A DNA stretch of 64,000 bases from an uncultured Gammaproteobacteria bacterium. GTDB lineage: Bacteria; Pseudomonadota; Gammaproteobacteria; JACCXJ01. The DNA lies in contig CAVXTM010000005.1 in the NCBI GenBank assembly GCA_963764725.1, positions 32,001 through 96,000 on the forward strand. Reading direction: 5' to 3'. Position numbers and translations under genes: made by a program. The notes below the pieces were generated by a model. It saw only the letters and a list, made by a program, of their open reading frames with translations, was not told the DNA's origin and searched no databases. Of this stretch, positions 42,713 to 51,472 are shown piece by piece (position 1 is the first letter of the stretch; the number at the start of each line of letters is the position of its first letter).

Positions 42713-43139
42713 ATGATTTTCGTCGTATTGCTGATCGTGGTCAGGGGACGTAAATCGACTGAAATCGGCAGCCTACGCGGGAGCGCATTTGGAAAAGAGG
42801 AGATTCAGAAGGCGATAGCAGCCGGGAAGCTTCAGCACGTCTACTACGACGGAGAAGTGTTGAGCAGTCAGAGACATCGGGATCGCTTCGGTTTCCTGCT
42901 TGCGTACGGTCCCATCCGAACGGCACGATCTTCAAGCTCTTCGAGGGTTTACGACTTGCGCTCTAGCTTCGTGCATCACGGCCGAAATCCAGGCGATCTA
43001 GAGGTAATGAGCCGATTCCTCGCCATGGCATGATGTCGTGTGCAGCTGCTATGGCATCGTCGGGCTTTCAAGTCCAAGGACCACCTGCTCGCTACCTGAT
43101 TCGCTGAAGTATGCATGGATCAGAGGGATGCCGCCTAAT
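42713..43139 (+). pseudogene. Decayed cassette ORF with HEPN-like RxxxxH motif
   Basis: YDLRSSFVHHG; ends near the attC R'' box. Confidence 0.5.
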
Positions 43140-43285
43140 TGTAGATGGCACGTCGCTCGCGCCAGCTCCGCAGGGTTGTGTTACGCGCCCGTGAAGCGAT
43201 GAGATTAAAAATCATGCATCCAGTGGCTGGGCGCATAACTGTTTCTATCGATGGCTCGCGATGTGCCATCGGGGCGGAGTTGAGC
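43133..43285 (+). other. Putative long attC site
   Basis: GCCTAAT (R''-like), GATGGCAC/GTGCCATC inner boxes, GTTGAGC (R'). Confidence 0.55.
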
Positions 43286-43312
43286 CTCACTCGTGATGGG
43301 AGGCGCTCGCGC

Positions 43313-43431
43313 CGCCATCCCTTCGTTCGAACGGCACCGCTTCGCTGCGCTCGCGGCTGCAGCCCACGCGGCTTCGTGGCAAGCAAGCTTGCCACTCCAC
43401 CGCGGGGCTGCCGCTCAACTCGCGCTCCGTT
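43313..43431 (+). other. attC site with degenerate R'', interrupted in R' by the group II intron
   Basis: TTCGAACGGCA/TGCCGCTCAA L boxes with an extra C, long internal palindrome, GTT at 43429-43431. Confidence 0.75.
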
Positions 43432-44050
43432 ATCGCGCCAAGGAAGCTTGGCGTATCTTGCAGGGTGAAAGTCCCTGCCGGGTAAGGGCTAACCACCCAC
43501 CCGTATCGAGTGTTGCGCCTGTGGCGGAACGTTCGAGCAGTCAGAAGGTTGTGAGAGTCGTGAACAAGACAGGCGAAGCGTACACAGAGCATCTCGTAGG
43601 CCACAAGGGTGATCGCACACCCTGAAGTGCTGGTACAGCCTCGAAAGAGAGTTTGTGGCAGTCGGCGAGCGTGTTAACGGACGTGAAGCCCATGGGAAGC
43701 GACCGTTTTGTTTGGGTGAGGTCGCGGAAGGCTGTCGGGGTCCTCAGGCCGTGGCATGCGAGAAGAGATACGTTGAGAACTTGGGAGGCCCCGAGTGCTC
43801 CTGGGGTTTGGAAGTGGCGTGGTAAGGCATACAGCTATTGAGGCACGGCAGGGGAAACCCGGCAACGGGGTTAGGCTGGAGCCTAAGCGGCGCTGCGGAA
43901 GGGCTCATGCGGGTAGGGGAGCTGAAGCGAAAGCCGAAGCGAACGAAGGTCGCTCGGAGGCGTCGGATCACCTCATAGTACTCGGAAGCCGGGAGAGCCG
44001 GCTACAGGGGGAAGGGGGTGACAGTGATACGCAGCCTGCAAAGGCAACTT

Positions 44051-46611
44051 ATGCCGGACACAGTTGGACCGGAAGAACATAAGCGAACCTCCCTGCAGGG
44101 AATAGCGTACAAGGCGAAGACCGACAAGGCCCATCGTTTTGGCAACCTCTCAGGGGAGCTGAACGAGGACTTGTTGAAAGAGGCCTGGCGCCGGCTTAAC
44201 AAGCAGGCGGCAGGAGGTGTAGACCGGGTCACGGCCCGGGACTACGAGCAGGAGCTCGATGCTAACATTAAGGGGTTGGTTGAGCGTCTGAAGGCCAAGC
44301 GTTATCACGCGCGGCTCATCAGGCGTCACTATATACCGAAGAGCGATGGCAGGCAGAGGCCGTTGGGCATACCTGTTGTCGAAGATAAGCTGCTTCAGGC
44401 TGCAGCGGCCATGCTATTGCAGGCGATATATGAACAAGACTTCTTGCCGGTAAGCTTTGGGTACCGCCCTGGGGTGGGAGCCAAAGAGGCGGTCGGGGCC
44501 TTGACGTTCAACCTGCAGTACGGTTGTTTTGGCTATATCGTAGAGGCTGATGTCAAAGGCTTTTTCGATAATCTCGATCACGACTGGCTCATCGGATGTT
44601 GCGCCTGCGGATCGGGATGAAGCGTTTATTGGCTTGATTCGCAAATGGCTCAAGGCGGGGGTAATGGAACCGGAAGGCGAGGTGATTCACCCGGTCACCG
44701 GCAGTCCTCAAGGCGGCGTGGTCTCACCGGTCTTAGCGAATGTGTATTTGCATTATGTGCTGGACCGGTGGTTTGAGCACGTGTCAAACCTCGGTGTCGT
44801 GGCAAGGCGATGCTCTGCCGCTACGCCGATGATTGGGTCTGCGCGTTTCAGTACCAGAAGAAGCCGAAGCTTTCCACCGGGTGCTACCGAAGCGGCTCGC
44901 CAAGTTCAACTTGGAGGTCGAGAAGACGCGGCTCCTTCGCTTTAGTCGCTTTCACCCGGGCCTAAGACGACGCTTTGCGTTTCTGGGCTTTGAGTTCTAC
45001 TGGGACATCGATCGCCAGGGAGAGCGTCAACTGAAGAACCGCACGGACCGGAAGAAGCTCCGGGCCTCGCTGCGCTCCTTCACGGAGTGGGTGAAGCGGC
45101 ATCGCCATTATTCCCTCAAGCGGCTCTTCGGGGAGATCTGTAGCAAGTTGCGAGGTTACTTCAATTATTATGGCGTCGCCGGCAATTCCCGTTCGGTGAA
45201 AACGTTCTTCGATGAGACCATGCGGATCCTGTTCAAATGGCTGAATCGACGGAGCCGCAAGCACCGGATGAATGGGTGGCGCTTCTACCGGCTAGTACTT
45301 CGTCACATAAATATGCTTACACATCATGCCAACTCCAAGTCGAAGCGCTTCCACCGGAAGGCGACGGGCTGCTCGTTCATTTCGGCGATCCCCTTGAGGA
45401 TTCGTTGTTTCAGTTCGTCTCTGGACGAAACCCGAATATGCCGTAGAAAACTGCGCGCCATTTTGGAGAAAGCGCACTCGACTAAGTTGAGCCAGGAACC
45501 GTGTTTGGGCGTATGAACGTACTCGAAGCGACCGGGACGCGTGGCCAAGTAGGCCATGGTCTCTTGCGGATATGGGCGGAATGGTGTCGAACCCCATGCG
45601 GTCGTCGGCTCGGGGTAGTGGGCATCTAGGCGCCTCTCGGCGCGATGAACTCCCGGCTACGGTGACGAGGCTCGACGTCGTCGATGGTTTCACCGTTGTG
45701 CGGTCCAGAGCGACCGGATGGACGCGTGCCGTGACGCACGTACTCGTGGTCGCGCCCGATCGCGGAGTGCTGGCCCGGCACGGGCGGCAGATGGGAGCCG
45801 TCACCCCGAGGGCTTGCACGCCCGGCTTTTCGTCCACACTCACCGAATAGACCGGCGCAGCGGTCTTCGCGCTCACCGGCGTGGGCGCATGCGCGTGCAG
45901 GCTCAGCTCGCGATACACCATCAGCACCTCATGCATCTGCCGCTCAAAGTCCGCATCACGCCGTTCCAGGTAGTACCGAATCCGGTGCGGCTTGATGTCT
46001 CGCTCATTGAGAATGCGCCACACCGTGGTCTTGTTGGTGTCCCGCAGGCGCGGGAATCCCGACTCCAAGGCTCGGTTGCCCACGAACTTCGCCAGTTCGG
46101 ACAAGGTCCACAATTCCGCAGCCAAGCCATGATCCTTGGGCTTGGTGCAGGCCAAGCTTACCACCCAGGCCTTGGCCTCCGGCGTGATCTCAGCGTCCTT
46201 GGGCCGGTGAAACCGATCCTTAAGTCCGACCAGCACACCGGCCGCAACTGCCTTGTCTATGCATTTGTAAATCGTCGGTCGAGACACACCCACATCGCGT
46301 CGGATGTCTGTAATCGATGCCCCATCAGCGTATTTCAGCAACACCTTGGCGCGCTCGGCTTCACGAACTGGCGCCGTCCGAGAGCGAGCCAATTCCGCAA
46401 GCATCGACCGGTGCGTAGCGGTCAGCGTCAACGGCGCACGCTTGGTTTTTCCTGTCATGTCCGACTCCCGAGAGGACTCGGGAGGACATCATGACACCAG
46501 CAGACATATGCGTAAAGATATTACAGTAACGATGTACTAGTGGATCTCTTTCACGTGCCGGTGCCCCGCATCACAGAGCTTAATCGACGACCGAATCCCG
46601 TGTTAGCATGA
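44051..46611 (+). pseudogene. ltrA: Group II intron reverse transcriptase/maturase, frameshifted and IS630-disrupted
   Basis: [50 protein letters not shown] at 44822-44833, FLGF, LRGYFNYY; no endonuclease domain. Confidence 0.9.
45295..46537 (-). mobile_element. IS630 family element with frameshifted transposase
   Basis: Imperfect inverted repeats GTACTTCGTCAC / GTAACGATGTAC, TA duplication within CTAG; VDEKPGVQAL, TPKHGSWLNLVE. Confidence 0.92.
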
Positions 46612-46746
46612 TGAGGTCTTCGCTGACTGCGGAAGCGAGTATCACCGAGGAGCCCGGTGCGGTAGTTCCGCACGCCGGGATCTGTGCCGGGGCGGTCGGG
46701 TAACCGGCCGCTCTACGGCGGAGGCCGTAAGAACAGGAGCAAGAAT

Positions 46747-47646
46747 CTGAGAGTTCCATGGAACACAAATCGCTGTATCCTTTGCCTCCACGAAAACGAC
46801 TTGTGCGAGGAGCATCTGATTCCAGAGGCGCTCGGCGGAAAACTCACATGCGACTTTCTTTGCCGTACATGCAATTCGAAGCTAGGACACAACTTAGAGG
46901 CTAAAGCAAAGGCCGACCCGTCTGTCCTCATCGCCGCAAAACATCTCGCATCGCGGGTTCCAGAATTGGCAGCATCATTGCTGGAAAGCCACCCGCATAT
47001 CGGTCACAGCGAGCCGGGACCTGCCAAAGGATATATAAAGAACGGTGAGTTCATCGTCCGTTCGCAAAAGCTGGATGATGGGAGCCTTATCCAACCAACG
47101 GACCGTGCAAGAAACTCCATATCTAGGATATTGCAGAAATCTGGTTACGGAGAGGCGCCAATCAGTCTTGCAATGCAAGCATATGACGACGCTCCAGAGG
47201 ACACAAAATTAGAAATTGCTCCTGGTCTTGAGATCGTTAAGTGGCGTATTCAACGGTTGGAGTTGGATCTAAGCTGTGCTGTGCTGATGGACCCTCTTAT
47301 ACCTGCAAAAACGGCATACGAGTTCCTTGCTTGCCATATTGGTTCTGCCATCTATGACAGCGCCCCGCAACTGTCTGAAGTTCGAAATTGTTTAATAAGC
47401 GGCTTATTGAATACTGACCTGATACTGGTAGAGAGACTCTCTTCAAATAAGTACGAACCGTTTCATGGTATTTGCTTTGAAGGAAATGATCCCTACGCAA
47501 AGGTCGAAGTCAGGCTGTTTGGTTGGTTAGCATTCAGAGTTCATTTCCGTCGCCTATCGATTCAGGGACCAAGATTTATTTACACTCATCGGCTGGATAC
47601 CAAGGAAGAAGATGTTCGGGTTATTGATGAAGCAAAGACGGCCTAA
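46747..47646 (+). CDS. HNH endonuclease gene cassette
   Basis: CILC..EEHLIPEALGG..LC.TCNS.LG; AGGAG upstream of an in-frame CTG; visibly lower GC; stop within attC R''. Confidence 0.8.
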   Translation: MRVPWNTNRCILCLHENDLCEEHLIPEALGGKLTCDFLCRTCNSKLGHNLEAKAKADPSVLIAAKHLASRVPELAASLLESHPHIGHSEPGPAKGYIKNGEFIVRSQKLDDGSLIQPTDRARNSISRILQKSGYGEAPISLAMQAYDDAPEDTKLEIAPGLEIVKWRIQRLELDLSCAVLMDPLIPAKTAYEFLACHIGSAIYDSAPQLSEVRNCLISGLLNTDLILVERLSSNKYEPFHGICFEGNDPYAKVEVRLFGWLAFRVHFRRLSIQGPRFIYTHRLDTKEEDVRVIDEAKTA

Positions 47647-47727
47647 CAACGCCATCAACACGGACCGCGAAAAGCGGCGCTCCTTCGTCGCCCCGCTTTT
47701 CGCGGCCGGTTATGGCGAGCGTTATGC
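47641..47727 (+). other. Canonical attC site
   Basis: GCCTAAC-AACGC-CATCAAC ... CCGCGAAAAGCGG/CCGCTTTTCGCGG ... GTTATGG-CGAGC-GTTATGC. Confidence 0.92.
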
Positions 47728-47734
47728 CTAACCG

Positions 47735-48412
47735 ATGCTCAAGGTAATCCCGGAATACAGAGGACGGTCTGCCGACGTTATCGTCTCGGAAAACATTTGC
47801 AATGAATCATCCGGGTATATATATCGTGCGCTGTCATGGCTGGACTTGGCCAAGAGGAAAAGGAGTAGTCCCGCATTTCAGTACGCAGCGCACGATACAA
47901 GACAAGGTATTGAGCAGCTTCTATTCGAGGAGCTTGTCCTAAGTACAGGAGCAGCTTTGTCGCGAGACGAGTACCAGAAGTGCCTCGGCAACAGCACGAA
48001 GCTGCACGCCATTATCAAGCGGCTTTCCCCGGAGCGTGAGAAGCTCGCGCGCTTCACCCAAGCAATTATGTCAGTTGCGAGCGCTCCAATTGACCTTGTG
48101 ATTTGGGACCACGGGCTGCTTATGAAGCACTGGGGAACGGTTTCAGACTATCTCCATTGGTCAGGGGCCATCGATGAGACGATTGACTCCTGGCCTTGGG
48201 TGGAGGAAGGCATCAGCAAGACCGAACAAGCCTGCTCGTACATTTGGAGAAACCAGACCGAGCGGGACACGGCGGTGAGCTCGAAGGACATGCATCCCGA
48301 GATGCCTCGCTTTGGGAGCGCTTCCAGACAGGGAGCATTGGTGTTGAGGAGGTCAAATCTGGTCGAGGATTCTGGAGCCAATACTCGAATGCGACCCCGG
48401 GATAACCAGTAA
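47735..48412 (+). CDS. Hypothetical cassette protein, 3' end probably frameshifted or truncated
   Basis: Starts 8 nt after attC R'; no downstream attC seen. Confidence 0.6.
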   Translation: MLKVIPEYRGRSADVIVSENICNESSGYIYRALSWLDLAKRKRSSPAFQYAAHDTRQGIEQLLFEELVLSTGAALSRDEYQKCLGNSTKLHAIIKRLSPEREKLARFTQAIMSVASAPIDLVIWDHGLLMKHWGTVSDYLHWSGAIDETIDSWPWVEEGISKTEQACSYIWRNQTERDTAVSSKDMHPEMPRFGSASRQGALVLRRSNLVEDSGANTRMRPRDNQ

Positions 48413-48646
48413 GGATGTGAGACGACCATGGATGGTCGTTTCAGTTCAATGTTCAAGGGGCGCGGTTTGGGTGGGTTCTTATTAAGGGGATTGCTTCGTG
48501 AAGGGTGGGTGATGTGGTGGCTATGGGCATCGGGAGCCGGAGATGGTGAAGGCTTATAGTTGCTGTAAATAAGGAGTGGGATGCATCCTAGGGTTTAAAC
48601 GTGTGACGGCGTTTAAAGTCAACCCTAAAAATCAGGAGGCATCCCG

Positions 48647-49274
48647 ATGAGAAGAGTAACGGCGAGTGAAGCGACACGCAAACGGATCGCAGAGATGCTA
48701 AGGAGGTTGAAGGGATCGATGAAGTGAGCTGGTAGCCAGGCGGCCCGATTGGTCAGTGAGGAGGCGCTGGAGGCGCAGGTCGCGGGTGGGCGGGGTTACG
48801 AATAGTGCTCTCCGCTGGTCAGCGTAACGGCTATCGTTGCGGGAAGCTGGCAGGTGCAGAAGGTCGGATTGAATCCGCAATCGCGAGGTGCGTGGTTTGC
48901 CGGGCTGGCAATCGGAGTGAGAGCCGCGCTCTGTGGCAAGACCGAGGAGCTGGAGCGCTTAGCCATCGAGATGTACGCCCGGGGATTATCGATGCGCGAT
49001 GTTGAGGCGGCTTTTACGGACAACCAGGGGCGCTTGTGCCCAGCCGCAGTGCGGCGAGCCGCGTGGCCGAGCAGCTGTGGGTCAACTACCAGGCCTTTGC
49101 GACCCGTAGCCTCGCTGAGATTCCGATGGTGTACCTGTTTGTAGACGGCGTGGCCGAGCGGCTCCATCTTGGGCAGCCGCGAGAAGCGATCCTAGCCGCC
49201 TGGGGCATGGCCGAGGATGGGACCAAGCATCTGCTGGGGCTATTTCCCGGCACCAAAGAAGATACCGCCTCAGG
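48647..49274 (+). pseudogene. IS256 family transposase fragment
   Basis: RNGYR, EMYARGLSMRDVE, YLFVDGV.ERL; multiple frameshifts; cut off by REPIN. Confidence 0.85.
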
Positions 49275-49360
49275 CCGTAGGGCGGATGCCCGTCAGGGCG
49301 ATCCGCCGCATGGCAAATCTTTCGGCGGAACCACCTTCGGCGTTCCGCCCTACGAGATCT
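49275..49360. repeat. REPIN copy 1 (two inverted GTAG REPs)
   Basis: GTAGGGCGGATGCCCGTCAGGGCGATCCGCC...GGCGGAACCACCTTCGGCGTTCCGCCCTAC. Confidence 0.88.
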
Positions 49361-49364
49361 CCGG

Positions 49365-49541
49365 TTAGGGCGTCTGCCGGGAGCCTAAGAGTTCCAGGAT
49401 CTCTCCCGGCGAGCGTAGCATCACCGGTGCACCCTTGAAGTCCTTCGCGTTCCGCGTCACCGGGTAGTCGACCCCGACCTGAAGGCCGGCGGCGGCCTGG
49501 ACACCGTCTTCGTAATCCCGAAGACCGAGGCCAAGAGGTCC
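49365..49541 (-). pseudogene. C-terminal fragment of a PIN-domain (VapC-like) protein
   Basis: Hand translation: LRDYEDGVQAAAGLQVGVDYPVTRNAKDFKGAPVMLRSPGEILELL. Confidence 0.75.
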
Positions 49542-49547
49542 GTAGGT

Positions 49548-49634
49548 CCGTAGGGCGGATGCCCGTCAGGGCGATCCGCCGCATGGCAAAATCTTTCGGC
49601 GGAACCATCTTCGGCGTTCCGCCCTACGAGATCT
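49548..49634. repeat. REPIN copy 2, direct repeat of 49275-49360
   Basis: Near-identical (one extra A, one substitution). Confidence 0.88.
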
Positions 49635-49647
49635 GCAGACGGTTGGG

Positions 49648-50460
49648 TCACTTGGGCAGCGCGCTTACGAGGCGCTTGGCCATGCGTGACAGACTTTCGA
49701 CCTGGCATTCCAACGGTGACTTTTGCTCTGGGTGGCCGTGCGGGTAGCAGCGGCCCGTGTGCATCGGACGATAGTTCGGAAAGCTCGCCCAGAATTTTGC
49801 CAGCGGCCCGCGTACCGCGGTACCCGACCGCTGCTCAATCGCGCGTAGGAAAGCGGCGCGCGTCGCCTTAATGAGCGCGATCGCCTGCTCGCGGTCAGGC
49901 ACGTGCCGGACGTTGCCGAACTCCTGCACCGGCGAGATGTTGAAGTCAAAGCCGAGCACACGATCTAAGGAATTGTTGAGCATGTCGATCAACGGTTGGC
50001 GCTTCAACACCACAGGCCGCCGTGGCTTTTTAGCGTCCTTCACACGAGACGGCCATCCCAGGATCTCGTCGATCTGCCGCACGGCCTCCGGTTTCGGAGT
50101 TCCTGCTCCCTGCTGTGCCACGATTTGGATAAAGAGTTCGAAGTAGAGCTCAACCGCCTTCGAAACGGCTGCCCGGCTCTCGTCGGGATCCGATTCGCCT
50201 CCCGGCTGGGGTGACTGCCACTCCTCGCACAGCCCATCCAGCTTGCCTACGTTTAAGCACATGGGCGTGCCGACGTTGCAGCCCGAGAACTCAGGGCAGT
50301 CGACGTCGTAGTAGCAATCGCAGTCCTGATCGCCGAACTCTTCGTCGTCGGGCTCACTTTGGCCCTCGGCTGACTCGGTTTGGAGAATCAATTGCCCATG
50401 GGTCGGGGCGATCGCTGCGCCGTACAGCATCATTAATACCAAAAGCATTCTTAAGCGCAT
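49648..50460 (-). CDS. Hypothetical secreted protein with acidic Cys-rich N-terminal module
   Basis: GAGGAG RBS, signal peptide, CDC-x5-C-x5-C-x6-C-x9-C, later CYPHGH..C. Confidence 0.7.
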   Translation of the reverse strand: MRLRMLLVLMMLYGAAIAPTHGQLILQTESAEGQSEPDDEEFGDQDCDCYYDVDCPEFSGCNVGTPMCLNVGKLDGLCEEWQSPQPGGESDPDESRAAVSKAVELYFELFIQIVAQQGAGTPKPEAVRQIDEILGWPSRVKDAKKPRRPVVLKRQPLIDMLNNSLDRVLGFDFNISPVQEFGNVRHVPDREQAIALIKATRAAFLRAIEQRSGTAVRGPLAKFWASFPNYRPMHTGRCYPHGHPEQKSPLECQVESLSRMAKRLVSALPK

Positions 50461-50671
50461 AGGTTTTCTCCTCAAACACGCCTCGAAAAAAGAAAGTGGC
50501 CAGAAGCCGAAGCCGGCGACGCAACAAAACCAAGGGAGAAAGCGACAAGGAGAATAATGAACAGTCCACGAACGAACATATCGCCTCCCCTTTTGCTCAA
50601 CATACGAAAAATTAGAGTAGCCGATACCAACCGCCTCTGGCAACTCGCCGAGGAGGCCTTCATCAGTGCGG

Positions 50672-51040
50672 CTAATCGGCAACCCGAGTTACGGAGGTAA
50701 TCGACGTTGAAATCCTCCTGATCTCGTAGTAAGTGCTCCAAAATTGACGTTGCGATAAGCCCCGTTCTCGTCGTTGCTCTCGGCTTTGAGAGCTTCGTTC
50801 GGCTTTCTCGATGGCACGAGAAAAGCGTTCTTTCAGTATATTCCAGTGGATGGAAAAATCTGTGTCACCGGGAGGCAAGGTCCAAATACAATGGAGATGA
50901 TCCGGCAAGGCCACCACCGCTTCCAAACGAAATGGACGCCTTTCCGTGACGTACCGGAAAGACCGGCGCAACGCATCGATCTGATCGACCAGCAAACGGT
51001 TACCCTTCCTTCGTCGAGATTGACAAGAAAGACGGTATCT
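50672..51040 (-). pseudogene. Degenerate RAYT transposase
   Basis: RPFRLEAVVALPDHLHCIWTLP..DTDFS..W; QRQFW/EH frameshift. Confidence 0.88.
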
Positions 51041-51079
51041 ACGCGGGCTGGCGCCTTTGACCGGCCTTTTACCCCGTGC

Positions 51080-51099
51080 CCCTCAGCGTGGCGTTAGAC
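51080..51099 (+). other. Possible right half of an attC site
   Basis: CTCAGCGTGGC-GTTAGAC preceding hicB-hicA; left half absent. Confidence 0.4.
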
Positions 51100-51162
51100 G
51101 GTGGAGACCATGAGAGATATATTGACCAGCAAGACCATTTTATTGCTTCTTTCAGGTGTTAC

Positions 51163-51378
51163 ATGCGAAACGAATTTACTGCGATAATTGAGCGAGACGG
51201 CGAGTGGTTTATCGCCTATTGCCCCGAGATCCCTGGCGCTAACGGTCAGGGCCGAACGAAGGAAGAGGCCCGAGGGAGTTTGACCGAAGCAATCGCCCTT
51301 ATTCTTGAAGATCGCCGAGAGGATTGCTTACGCGGGGTACCGCCGGAGGCTGAGCGAGAAACCGTCATGTTATCGTGA
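51163..51378 (+). CDS. hicB: HicB family antitoxin
   Basis: FTAIIERDGEWFIAYCPEIPGANGQG.T.EEA. Confidence 0.88.
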   Translation: MRNEFTAIIERDGEWFIAYCPEIPGANGQGRTKEEARGSLTEAIALILEDRREDCLRGVPPEAERETVMLS

Positions 51379-51445
51379 AGCGAAGCGCCCTGCTTCTGCA
51401 TTTGCGGCAGTATGGTTGTTATGTCAAGCGCAACGGTCGATCCTC
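51375..51445 (+). pseudogene. hicA: Truncated HicA family toxin
   Basis: MKRSALLLHLRQYGC then similarity is lost before the GSH motif. Confidence 0.6.
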
Positions 51446-51472
51446 AACCAAGGGCGTGGTACTAGACCCTAT

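Larger units (their letters stand above)
43432..46721 (+). mobile_element. Group II intron (class E-like), interrupted by IS630
   Basis: 5' hairpins (GCAGGG-TGAAAGT-CCCTGC); domain V GAGCCCGGTGCGGTAGTTCCGCACGCCGGGATCTG at ~46650; domain VI with bulged A; RT ORF; boundaries +/-1 nt. Confidence 0.9.

Noticed and set aside
44018-45300. RT as retron, DGR or defence RT
   Set aside because: Maturase domain X and ribozyme domains V/VI identify a group II intron; no template/variable repeat pair seen.
44833-45516. 227-aa ORF as an independent gene
   Set aside because: Chimera of the maturase C-terminal part reading into the IS630 end.
46684-46746. N-terminal extension of the HNH ORF in the track
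   Set aside because: Lies in intron domain VI and the attC core; an RBS points to a start near 46747.
48412-48577. G/T-rich stretch as ncRNA or attC
   Set aside because: No R''/R' boxes and only one short hairpin; may be an IS end or low-quality sequence.
49275-49634. Direct repeats as a CRISPR mini-array
   Set aside because: Only two ~86-bp units with a ~190-bp interval, GTAG REP structure, no cas genes.
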